Part shown: piece by piece, positions 24,914-37,188 of the stretch | How the letters are laid out: every line of letters begins with the position of its first letter | Position numbering within the stretch: position 1 is the stretch's first letter | DNA from: Geosiphon pyriformis uo1 | Taxonomy: Eukaryota > Fungi > Glomeromycota | DNA: 64,000 nucleotides | Direction: 5' to 3' | NCBI GenBank assembly: GCA_016748015.1 | Contig: JAAOMT010000240.1 | Span: 1-64,000, forward strand | Position numbers and translations under genes: made by a program | The notes under the pieces: model-generated | Told to the model about the DNA's origin: nothing | What the model saw: only the letters and a program-made list of their open reading frames with translations | Database searches by the model: none

Positions 24914-27900
24914 AGAAGTAGCAGTAATAGCCGCAACTATTGTCAAAATCCATCGAGAAATTGAGCAATACGCCAACGAAAATTTTCCAATATCCACAGG
25001 AAACACTAGAGAACGCGCCAACAAAACCAAAGAAAATTTAGAAACTAATCAGGAAAGTAACCAGCAAAAACTAGAAACACCAGCTCAAACGCCAAAGAAA
25101 ACTGTCACTCAATCAATAAAGAAACAACGTATTTATTCACCAGAAGATAAATCATACCATTTTTCACCAGAAAATAAGATACAAATTCCATTAGGAGCTG
25201 CATCATCATCAACATCAACTCCACAAATGCCAAAAACTCCTAGTTATATTGATAAAATTAAACAACGTAACTGGGGAGACATACCAATTACAGGAGGATA
25301 TTCATCACTATTCCAAANNNNNNNNNNNNNNNNNNNNAGACCAGTCACTGGAACAAGCAGCCAGTCCAGAAACCAAGAAACTCGTGATCAAGAGGAAGAA
25401 CTGGATATAAGGGAAGCCACCTTTAGGAACGCTCAAGAAAATATCATCCCACCTCCTCTTAGACCAATAAACCCACCAGCAGAAAATGGCAATGAAATGA
25501 CCACACCATACATTGCAAGACTAACAGATTTTTCAGGAGAGGAAGAAGAAACGGACGTGCACACATGGCTCAGAGAAGCACAAAAAGCCATCCAGGCAAA
25601 TAACTGGAATGACCAAAGAGCAATTCAAACATTACCTTTCTTCCTGAAAGGCACAGCCGACTCGTGGTATCAAAGCCTGGAAACAAAACCCACGAGCTTT
25701 GCCGAATTTAAAAATGCACTTCTGGAGTATTTTAGTGACCCAAACGCCGTAATCTAACTACAGAATGAATTCAATACTATCAAGCAAAATACCAGTAAAA
25801 CTGTCACCCAATACCTTGCTCGATTCAATCAAATTCGCCGTCAGATTGAAGCGATTGAACAAGGATACTACACTGATCCTCAGGTTTTAAATCAGTTTAT
25901 TAGAGGATTAAAAAGCAGCATTTTAGGAAGAGTACGCCCTGTCCACCCTAATTCCTTACCAGAAGCCGTTACGCTCGCCAGAGCTCTTGAATTGGCTGAG
26001 AAAGAAGCTAACCATAGTCAAATGGTTAACATGGTAATGGAGGAAAATAAGACAGAAACATTAGAGAAAAGAGTAATGCAATTAGGGGAGGAACTCTCTA
26101 AGAAAATAGAAAGTTACCTCATCCCGGATCCGAGAAAAAATACATACCAATCACCCCAAAGATGCAGCCAGGAAGTCAGCGACAGTTGAAATAATTGCCC
26201 GTCACGCCAGGAATTCAGAACAGAAACATGTGCCTGCCATTTTTGCAAACGCGTAGGACATTTAATTAGTCAATGTCGAACGCGAATGATGCAGGAAGCA
26301 CGCAAAAATAATTACTACGCGCCACCCCAAATGCCCAGAAACCAGTACACGCCAATACCACGCCAATATCCCACCACGTATCAAAATCAAGGAGCTTACC
26401 AGCAACAGCCCATGATAGCCAACCCGAATTGGCGTCCCGAGGCCCAAAATCAGCCCATGTGAAACCAGAACGCGTTGGTCTAGAGGAATCCAAACTGCGC
26501 CGGAACCAATCAGCAAACCAATCCAAACTACCAAAATTATCAACAAACTTATCTTAATATACTGGAAAACCTGATCATCAGAAACAATGACGGTAGAAAC
26601 ATAAACAGAACCAAGAATTCCTCCAAATTGAGCCAGACAATACCACCAGCAGTTGCCACCGAAAATAGCAGCCTCGCAGCTATTTTTCCTTTTGAATTAG
26701 AGGAAAACGAGGCTATGTTCAGTGAAGCAGCATTGGACAAAAAACGCCCAATCACTGCTATGTATATGGAAGCCACTGTAAACAATACCTCAATCAAACT
26801 TATCTTAGACAGCGGATCCACTGGAAGCATCGTAACGCTTCAACTAGTAAACCAACTGGGTTTCAAAGTTGATCGTGCTGCGACGTCCCAAATTATAACA
26901 GCCGATGGAAGTACAAAGCTGCTTTATGGCGAAATCGACTCATTCCCTTTCGAAATTAATGGCATAGTAATACCTACAAAAGTATTAATAATGGACGCTA
27001 CACAATATCAAGCGTTAGTAGGGAATGACTGGCTAACAAAAGCCAACGCCACCCTAGACTGGACCACCCAAGAGCTTTTGATCAATTATAATGGCCACCA
27101 GGCCAAAATTCCAGCCACCTGTGGCCACTTCCAAAAACCCAGCGCCAACCAAAGACCTACCTTCGAATTTGAGGAAAATCCAGCACTACCAGCCATCGAA
27201 ACCTATCAGCTCTCTTGGGCTGATGACCAAAGAACAGGATTACCAGCTGTACCAACGTGGACCAGCGAAGAAAGATCCGAATGGAACCAGATAAGTTCAC
27301 AAAGAAACCACCAGCAACGCAGACCAAAGCTAGAATGCTCGGTTTGCAAGAAAAAACTCTCGTCTATGACTGCGTGCAGCACACCGGACGAAGACCCAAG
27401 AAACCCCACCCACTACTATTGTAACCGTTGTAACAAAGAAAAATACGATTATCCAGAAAGACACGGAAAATGGGACGAAAAACCATGCCTCGCTTGTGGA
27501 AAACTGTTACCAAGAGGGTGCGACTGGAACGACTTACCAGGCAGAGGAGGAATGTGTAACGCAACTTGCCAATACACGATCCTCATCTGTGACTGGGTAA
27601 GAGGAGGAACGCCGTTCGAAGCAGTGTTCAACAGAGCGTTAAAAAGACTACAGCACTACCCACACGATGAGAACGAGTTGTACAACACCGCACAAGCCAA
27701 AGTAAGAGAAGGAACCGCCGAAGAAATACGACGTTGGAAAGAGTCAGCCGAAGTAGCCGACGAAGTCGCCAGCTACAACATGTTCGACCCAGTGGACGAA
27801 TTCCAGGACTACTACCAACAACTATGCCCCACTCGACAAGAGCAAGAACAATACCTCGCCCAAATCAACACTTACCTCTGTGAAAACTGTCTCATCCCAT

Positions 27901-28850
27901 GCCAAAGTCAGTGCTGTGAAAAGTGTCAAGACAAAAGAGACTTAGAAAGAAAAATGGAAATTGAGAATCAGCAGTCTTAAAATCAATCAATAAATCAACA
28001 AGACTCACCTGACAGTCCCAAGTCAGAAAAATTTGTAGCCTATACCGACCTAGAACAGGTGACCGACATCTGATACTTCGACAACGGGCACTTAGGAATA
28101 ATACCCGAAAGAGTCCATCCAACCGACGCCGGATTCGATCTACGTTATCCGGAAGACCAATCCACAACGTTACCACCCAGGAGCATCACCAAAATTGACC
28201 TAAAAATAGTGGTTGAAATTCCGCCAGGAATAATGGTTCAAATGGCGTTGTGATCAAGCCTCGTGAAAAAAGGAATAAGCGTTCAAGAAGGAGTAATTGA
28301 CTCCGGATACACTGGAAATTTGATGGTTTTGCTACAGAACAATTCAGAAAAGCCTTATACCATTGAATCTAAGGAAAAGATTGCACAAGCAATTTTCCTA
28401 CCATTGGTAAAAATTGGGAAATTTGTGCCAATAGAAAATCGTGAGGAATTGTCACAAACAACAAAAGGAACTTTTGGTTTTGGATCGACAAGAAAAGGAA
28501 TTGAAGCGAATTTCGCTGAAACAATAGAGGAAAAAGGCGAAGTAATTAAAAATGAGCAGTCCATCACACTCCTACCATATGGAAAATAAGAAATAAGAAT
28601 AAAAAGGACAATTAAAGAAAAAGACCTAATATTTGAGCCCTACTCAGAAACTTGCCAACAGTTTCTCATAGGACTTACTAACCTTTTTATTCCAGCTGAT
28701 AAAGCTCAATGGATAAAAATTCCTATCGCAAACACCACAGAAGAACCCGTCTACATTCCGGAAGATACCATCATTGGATACCTCGGAACGGAGCTAGAAA
28801 ACGCGTCAACACCACAAGAAATTCTAAATTTCCCAGAAATCGCCCTCTAC
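24914..28850 (+). pseudogene. Gypsy-B gag (CCHC), aspartic protease, Cys-rich domain, dUTPase
   Basis: ORFs 25227, 25992, 26628 and 28263 share one frame. CHFCKRVGHLISQC; LILDSGS; AGFDL, GVIDSGYTG, KIAQAI, GFGST. Confidence 0.9.
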
Positions 28851-29365
28851 NNNNNNNNNNNNNNNNNNNNNNNNNNNNNNNNNNNNNNNNNNNNNNNNNN
28901 NNNNNNNNNNNNNNNNNNNNNNNNNNNNNNNNNNNNNNNNNNNNNNNNNNNNNNNNNNNNNNNNNNNNNNNNNNNNNNNNNNNNNNNNNNNNNNNNNNNN
29001 NNNNNNNNNNNNNNNNNNNNNNNNNNNNNNNNNNNNNNNNNNNNNNNNNNNNNNNNNNNNNNNNNNNNNNNNNNNNNNNNNNNNNNNNNNNNNNNNNNNN
29101 NNNNNNNNNNNNNNNNNNNNNNNNNNNNNNNNNNNNNNNNNNNNNNNNNNNNNNNNNNNNNNNNNNNNNNNNNNNNNNNNNNNNNNNNNNNNNNNNNNNN
29201 NNNNNNNNNNNNNNNNNNNNNNNNNNNNNNNNNNNNNNNNNNNNNNNNNNNNNNNNNNNNNNNNNNNNNNNNNNNNNNNNNNNNNNNNNNNNNNNNNNNN
29301 NNNNNNNNNNNNNNNNNNNNNNNNNNNNNNNNNNNNNNNNNNNNNNNNNNNNNNNNNNNNNNNNN

Positions 29366-30009
29366 ATGGAATAAAACCAGATCCATCAAAAATAGACAAA
29401 GTGAAAAATTTTCCAGTACCTCGAAACGTTTCAGAAGTTAGAAGCTTTTTAGGACTCGCATTTTACTACCGCCACTTTGTAGAAAACTTTTCAAACATCG
29501 CCAAACCCCTTAATTACCTACTATCTAAAAATGTGAAGTTTGAATGGACTGAAGCACAACAAAAAGCTTTTGAGTACCTTAGACAAAAGCTCATTGAATC
29601 ACCAATAATGATCTATCCGAATTTCAACAAAAAATTCATTTTGGCCACAGATGCCTCTGGAACTGGACTTGGAGCCATTCTGTCACAAAAAGATGATAAT
29701 GGAAGAGAACGTGTAATTGCTTATGCCAGCAGAAGTCTCAGTACGGCAGAACAAAACTACGCAGCACATGAACTTGAATGCTTAGCAGTAGTCTGGAGTT
29801 GTGTTCACTTTGACACATATTTACGGTACCAACCCTTTGAGATTACGACAGATCATAGAGGTTTGGTCTGGTTAAATAACAAGAAAGTGCTAAAAGGAAA
29901 ATACGCCAGATGGTCACAAATGTTAGCACCATACGATTATATTATCAAATACAAAGAAGGTACCAAAAATGCTAATGCTGACTGTTTGTCAAGAATGAGA
30001 CACACATAA
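29366..30009 (+). pseudogene. Gypsy-B RT thumb/connection and RNase H
   Basis: RSFLGLA.YYR, ATDASG.GLGAIL, NY...ELECLAVVW, TDH, NADCLSR. Confidence 0.93.
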
Positions 30010-30038
30010 AAATCACCAACCCACCCGCCACAACAACA

Positions 30039-30365
30039 ATGAACAACCACCTTTACAAAAACCTCAGCCAATACTTGGAAACACTACAAATAGACAAAAA
30101 AATGCCAGTAAAAGAGCTAATTAAGCTCCAAAAATTAGCAAAACACTATTTTATCCAAAATCACATACTTTATTACCGGAATCGACAAAATCCAGATAAT
30201 CCATTAAGAGTTATAACCACGGATGAAAAAGAAACTATCTTATTTAACATGCACTCAGATATTCATTCAGGCCACTTTGGAAAAACAGCAACCATCCAAC
30301 ATGCAACTAGCTGTTACTATTGGCCAAAAATGAGTTCAGACATAATCCGATACATAAGAAATTAA
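30039..30365 (+). pseudogene. Gypsy-B integrase N-terminus as a separate ORF, truncated
   Basis: MNNHLYKNLSQYLETL...HSDIHSGHFG..YYWPKM (HH of HHCC). The DDE core is missing. Confidence 0.85.
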
Positions 30366-30406
30366 CTTCGATTTCGATGGAGCTCAATCTTGAAAGAAGG
30401 GGATAA

Positions 30407-31269
30407 TATTACAGTTTAAGAATTTAGAAAAAAGAATCATAAAAATAATACAAACTATTCAATCATAATATAGCACAGTAATAATCTTAGAAAGGTAATG
30501 ATTAACATAGTAGCAAACACCATCTCGCGATAATGGCAAGCACCAGTTCACAATAGCAGCCAACACCAACTGGTGATAGCAGCAAACACCAGGTTGAAAT
30601 ATCAAAAAGAAAGTATTTTCTCGTAGAACTACAAACATGTATATATACAGTAGTTTTAATATTGGGAAATAAAAAAAATCAAGTAATAAAAATCATAACT
30701 TATCAAATCATACTTTCAAATTAAATATCCCAAGAAACCTTTAAAAATCAAAAAGAAATGAAAAAAAATATTTAAAACGGAACTATCACAACCCAAAGTA
30801 TTAAGAAACTTACTTGTATTATTTATTGAATGAAACTATCATTCATCAACTGAATCCCTTGGAAGAATAATCCTTGATCAAGATTATTCATGTTGTTACT
30901 AATTGATAAAAGCTTTATTGTGAGAATTAGAAAAGCGCTAAAGACCATTAACATTCTGTGTTTCTAGATNNNNNNNNNNNNNNNNNNNNGTGTTTCTAGA
31001 TTAGAGAAACACATCAGGCAATTGCAAGGATAGCCTCAGAGAAGACCCCAGACAGTGGGTAGATTTCAGTTCAGCCTCTGAGAAGGAGTACATAAACACA
31101 CACAACAATCAAAAATTAAAGAATAACTTACATCGCAACAGTAAAAAGAAAGCCTTTAGTGTAACAGTGACACTATCACACAAATAGAATTGAGGAACTC
31201 ACAAAAGACTGATTGCAATTAAAGCAGGATATCAGCAATTAAATATAACAAGAAAACCATCCCATAACA
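30407..31269 (+). repeat. 3' LTR family B
   Basis: TATTACAG (TG>TA) ... ATAACA, followed by the TSD. Small gap at 30970-30989. Confidence 0.88.
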
Positions 31270-34200
31270 ACGACTTGTAATTTGGCCATAGTAGACAACA
31301 AGAGACCTCAGATAGCAACACCAACACTCAGATCCAAGGCTGGAAAGTAAGCAGCAGCACCACTGGCAACCTCAGTGGACCCAAAATTCTTTAAAGACCC
31401 ATCCATAAAAACTTCAAAAAAACCCAACCACACATCATGCAATCCATTTCTCACAGCAGAAAACTCATTAGACCTCAAAATGTCTAATCCAAGCAGCACA
31501 GCAGAGTCAGTAGAATCAGAAGACAAGAAACTCTTACCCCTCAAAAACTCAAAAGAAACTGCAAACTAACAAAACACAGAGCCACACGGATTCAATCTCT
31601 TCCAATGGTGAAACATCTTCCAATTCATCAAACCACTCTTTTTATCAAAAAGCTAATCACCAAAAGCAACACCAAAATGTCTAAGAGAGATAACTGAATT
31701 AAAATACAAAGATTTTCTAAGAATAGCAGACATAGAAAAGCGATCAGGACTACAAAATGCAGTGGAGAGATTATTCACTAGAGAAAGCCTATTGTCCAAA
31801 AAGATCTTTACCAACCCAGCCAAAAAATTGTTTACTGGACTAATATGCAACCTGATGGAAAACTGCAGAGAATCCAAAGGAACCCAACCAAGAACTTGCA
31901 AATCCAAAAATCTATGACTAAACAAATGTCCAAGAACACCAGCAGCATTGGAGAACATTATTAAAGCAGTCACCTTCCCTTCAGACTGCATCTGTTCAAA
32001 AGGTTTCAGACCATACAACAAAGGATGATACAAAGCAGCATCAGAAAAATCATGAGGAAGACAAGCTTTAGATCTGAGACCCTTTCTAATTAAGGTATTT
32101 TATTTGCGACAAACATTAGAAGAGACAAAACTGAACTGAATATAATAGCTGACAATAGGCTGTAGGACAGCCAAAACCAAATACAAGAACTGTTTGTCCA
32201 TAATTGTCTTTCTAAGTACAACATTAACAAAAAAATGCACATCTGCATGAGCTTTAACAACACTCAGCTTGGACAACTCTTCAGTTGACAAAAAAATACC
32301 CAGATAGTAATAAGCCTCACCCTTCTTAGCAATCAAAATAGGCTGACCACAAATACTTAGCTTAGCAATCTTAACACTCTGATTTATGGGAATAGCCACT
32401 GTCTTCTCACTGTTGATAGAAATATCATTGATTATAAAAAACTCACTGGCAATGTTCAACACATATTAAGTAGAAGTCTGACAATTTCCAACCCAGATTA
32501 TATCATCAACAAATGTGCCAGCCGAAAAGTATGAAGTCAAACCACCACTACCCTTGATCCTGCCAGTTTTTGAAACAAACTTAGTATCAATCCAGTACCC
32601 ACACAATTGTTCATGCCTCTTAACCTTACACAAGAGTGGATCATAAAAGATTCTCCACAGAAGAGGTGAAAAAATCTCATCTTAATCTAGACTATTATGC
32701 ACCTTGTAGCCACCAAATAAATCAAAATCAGTCATTACTCTGTTAACTCTATCCTTGTAAATACCACCAAAAAATCTTATAAACTTTTCACACATTTTGA
32801 TATGCCATAAGCTAGCCTTCAAATGGTGCCACCCAACTGAATCATAAGCTTTCTGCATATCCTGCAAAACCAACCAAACCTCTTGATTTTTTTCAAGAGC
32901 ATTTTCAACCACTGAACCAATAGCAAACACTGAAAATTGTGTAGACATACTCTTCAACACCAAGAAATTGTTACCCCAAAGAACATCGAACTTGCTGCAA
33001 GCCACCAAAATATGATCAGACAGAATCTTAGACAGAATTTTCCTGGCAGTTTCAATCAAAGCAATGGGTCAAGTGTTTGTGAAGACCCCATCCCAGTCAT
33101 AAAGCTTAGGAATCATTGAAACCCACGCTTTCTTCCATAAACCAGGCACCACACCAGCAGTCAAACACACATTAAATAGTGTTAACATGCACCCCAAAAC
33201 CATCTCACTACTATGTTTTCACAACTTATTTGGAATACCAGACAAACCAGCAGTCTTGCCATCAGACAGACCACTAACAACAAAAAGCAACTTGCCCATG
33301 TCAACCTCACACATAACACCAGAAAAGACATCATCTCAAACATAGCTTAATGGCACATACTGTCAAGCCCAATAATCAAGAATCACTGTATACACTGACT
33401 TTTTTTTTGTTCACCCTTCTATTATCTTGTTCACACTCACCTTCACTTCATTAGGCTTTAACACCAAATCATCATCAACCACCAGATAATTCAATACTAC
33501 TTTGTGAAAGGGTCTGTTCAACACACTTCTGATTATACTACCTTTGTCTGAACAAAAATTTTCCATGCACCTATCAATTGCCTTCCTAATAAAAGTTTTC
33601 TCAGCGAACTTAGACTCAAACATCTTTGCCCTTCTGTAATCTTTGTGAACCAATAACAAATGCTTAACAATAACATCAGACTTGACACCCAAGCTAACCA
33701 AGTTTCTGAAGGCACAAGCCTTGGCATTATCCAGAGTCAACCACTTATTCACAAGAAGATCGACATCAGACAAGCCACCAGAGCAAAATTTCTTGACAAT
33801 CTTGGCCACCAACAATTCCAAACCAAAAAACTTGGAAGAATGCTTGTTTTTCAGACACCTAACTTTATTGAACCAATGTCTTGAAAACATCTCATCAGCA
33901 GATCCTAAGACAGTCTCCTGCAACATCACCCACATAACATTTACATTACTATGTGCTTCAGCACCAGAGAACACGTTACCTAATAACAAGAGTTTTGCTG
34001 AAGAGAGATTCTTAAACTTAGCTTATTTAACACTGTCAGCATTTTTGAACTTGAATTTTCAATGATCCTTATTTGTCTGCTTATGCAAGCTATTCAATTG
34101 AACATCCAGAAGCCCACCCAAACCAATTGATATCATAACTGCCCTGTGATCAATGTTAAAGAAATCTGAAACAGAGATTGTTTGATGACCAACAACAGCC

Positions 34201-36201
34201 AAAGACAAGCTGTCACTAACAAAAATGTAATCAATTGTCTTCACAATCCCTCTTGAATTGCTCTATGTATGAGAACTAGCTGAATGATGATCACTAAACG
34301 AATTGACCAAACCCAAACTGAAACAGAACTTGAAACTCACACTCCTACCAGATCCATTCTTATTAAAGTCTCCACCCAAGACAACATGAGTGCTGGAGTT
34401 GATGGCTTTTGCAATGAAAGAGTTAACTTCAGATGTCTGACCAAATCTAGCCCCAGAAGAGGCACTAGCATATAATCTCAAAAGAGTAACCAAGAGCTTG
34501 CCTTTAAATAAAAGCTGAACAGAAACAACCCTACCAGAAATCTTCTCCATCTTAGAAACATGACAAGCCAAAAAATTGTCCATAATTATAGCAACACCAG
34601 CACCAATGAAACTTTTATCCAATTCTAAAGAAAAAATTCACACTCTATTAAACTTATTCACAATTCATGGCCCAGTAGAAGACTTTAACTTCGTTTCCGT
34701 GATGAATAATACCAAATTACCAAAATTCCGATGCCAACGCATAACATCCTTCTGCTTGACAGAGACATTAATTTCACAAACATTACATGTAGTAAATTTC
34801 CAAACCAAACCACTCATTGGAATGAAAAAGGTAAAGAAAAACTCAAACCAGAACACAAAAGATTCAATTTTACCAAAACAGAACTGACTAAAGTCTTCAT
34901 AGCTGACATCTTAGACTCCAAACCACCTATCTTGGTTGTCAGAACCTTTGAACTACTTGAATTGAAACCAGCACTTAACTCAACACTCAAAGAAGGGGAA
35001 GAAGAAAAAACCAACACACCATCCAAAGCCATATTTAAATCCAAAACAGAAGCCACTGGCACAGAGCCGACCAAAGAAGGAGCATCAGAAGACAGTACCA
35101 TGGGCACCAATTCAACAAAACTTAATTTTCTAAGAATACCAGATACCTGGTCAGCCAGAAGTTCAAGAGAGTACTCCAAAGATGCCAAACAAACAGCCAA
35201 AGGAGATCTGTCACATGGGAAAGAGAGAGCACCACTACCCAATCCCAAAGTACTAGATGAAGAAAGACCTAAACCATAACCAGAGCCAAAAGGAGAGCTA
35301 CCAGAAAAGGGAGCAAGAGAGACTACCTGGGCTCACAATTTGCCACCAAAGACAGTAGGACGAGAGATAGGAACATTTTTCTTCGCATACAATTTGGCTA
35401 ATTGAAGATGATCAATACCAGGAGCATTTCTTTTTAAGGAAACAGAAGGCACATGAACAGCAACACCAGAAGCATCACATTTCAAGGCTGAATGACCAAA
35501 TCTTCCATACCTTCTATACCAAATCAAATTCAACCTAGCCCATGATAGTCGCACATTGCCAAAAACAGACTCAGTACTAAAAACGAAGTCCAAATCCACC
35601 TTAGACTCAAAGCCAACCACTATACAACAAACCCTATTGCCAGTTTCCAATGATCAATTAATAGTGCAAGTTTTCCTACCAGCCTTATCCAAAAGAGTAC
35701 CAAGATTATGCACAGTTGTTCCCATCGGCAAAGTAAACAACAGTACCCTAAATTAATCCCTAGATGCCCAGATGTCACAATCACTCACTGCTTTGGCCAC
35801 ATGCACTGAATCTTTTTTGATTAGGAATGACCATCTTGAAGCCAACTGATTGGCTTGACTTGATTCGGTGAACTTCACCACAGCCTTTTGCCACATGCCA
35901 ATTAACTGAATTTTGATTGACTTAATTTCACCAAACTCAGCAACTGCAGTAACAATCATTTCCTTTAAGGTATCCATGGGAATTTCCTTGATTACTATGG
36001 CCCGATCTGAATGTACTCCTGATTTCCTAAGATTAGTGTTTACAATGATCCCTTTTTCCTGACCAGAAATGCAGCCATATTCATGCTTTTTTTGGAAGTG
36101 AAAGTAGATCGGATGATCCCTTTAAATTTTGAGGGGGTAATGGCCTTCCAAAAACCATTGACTGTTGAAAAAATTTTCCTAATTAACTGAGTCTTTGCCG
36201 T
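31270..36201 (-). mobile_element. LINE copy 4, middle segment (ORF1 3' part, APE, RT, RNase H N-terminus)
   Basis: VFMDGS, LQDMQKAYDSV, FVDD, MSGLVWKF.TCNV, and ORF1 pieces 34814-35977. Confidence 0.92.
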
Positions 36202-37188
36202 TGTTACCAGATGAAATTAGAGATATTGTTTAGCATGAAATTACCCTTATAAATCTTATCATTAATTAGCATATATTATTGTTTCAAATTATCACTTATT
36301 ACATTAGCAAAATATCCGAAATTATCATTTAATTAATAACTCAATTTGTACATAACACAAATATAACCTAATTGCAATGATCAATCATGCAATACCCCGA
36401 ACTATGTAACATTCAAAAAGTTTGCTGAAATTTATAGAAATTCGCTGAAATAATTGATAGTTCACCAAAATATCTAATAGTTTGCAGAAATAACTTGTAG
36501 TTCACCGAAATGTATCTTTAGTTCAGCAAAATTGTAGAAAATAGCAAAGTTCGAGTTCATAGAATAGTGTTATGACAAGTTGTATAAAAGAAGAGCTTTT
36601 TTCTTTAAGAAAATGTATCTTATTTCAGATTTAAAACAATTAGAATAATCCTTTACATCCAAAAGACAAATAAATATCAAATAATTCGAAAAGCCAAATT
36701 CTTAAATTATTTCTCTTGAAATTAACCAATTCCTATGAACAGTTGAAATTGACTAGCTACCAATTTCAGTAAACTGTTAAAGCACTTCCAGGCCTGGATC
36801 CGAAACAACTTCCATAAATCATCAGTTTTACTTTTTCTTTTACATTTCTTTTATTCTCTTTCTTTTCTTATTATAAATCATTTGGGTAGCCTACAGACAA
36901 GAATTTCTGTAGAAAAGTTGACTTTCACAGCAAAGTAACTATACATTTTAGTGAGCTTCCAGATGAGCAATTTCTGGGAAAGAGTTGACGTTTACTACAA
37001 TGTAACTATACAAAGTAACTGGCACGGAATTGGCCATTCCACTTATAAGCCCAGCAAGTTCAAATTATAGGAGATAATTTGAAGATAAATTCAGTTACTG
37101 GAGGTTCAACTACTTCCTGAAAACGTGAATTCACAACAAATCAACATCAATGACATTTAAGAAAAGAGACCAAAAACCTCCAGTAATA
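36202..37188 (+). repeat. 5' LTR family A
   Basis: TGTTACC...GTAATA (CA>TA). Confidence 0.94.

Larger units (their letters stand above)
23756..31269 (+). mobile_element. Ty3/Gypsy LTR retrotransposon family B, internally deleted after the integrase zinc finger; has N-gaps
   Basis: LTRs 23756-(gap) and 30407-31269. TSD ACGA at 23752-23755 and 31270-31273. Encodes gag, PR, dUTPase, RT/RH and IN N-terminus. PPT GAAAGAAGGGGA at ~30392-30403. Confidence 0.93.

Noticed and set aside
23851-25030. Long ORFs here and at 28709-29399 and 44431-44694
   Set aside because: Artefacts of translating N-gaps.
30958-31001. Direct repeat GTGTTTCTAGAT flanking a 20-N gap
   Set aside because: Probably an unmerged contig overlap.
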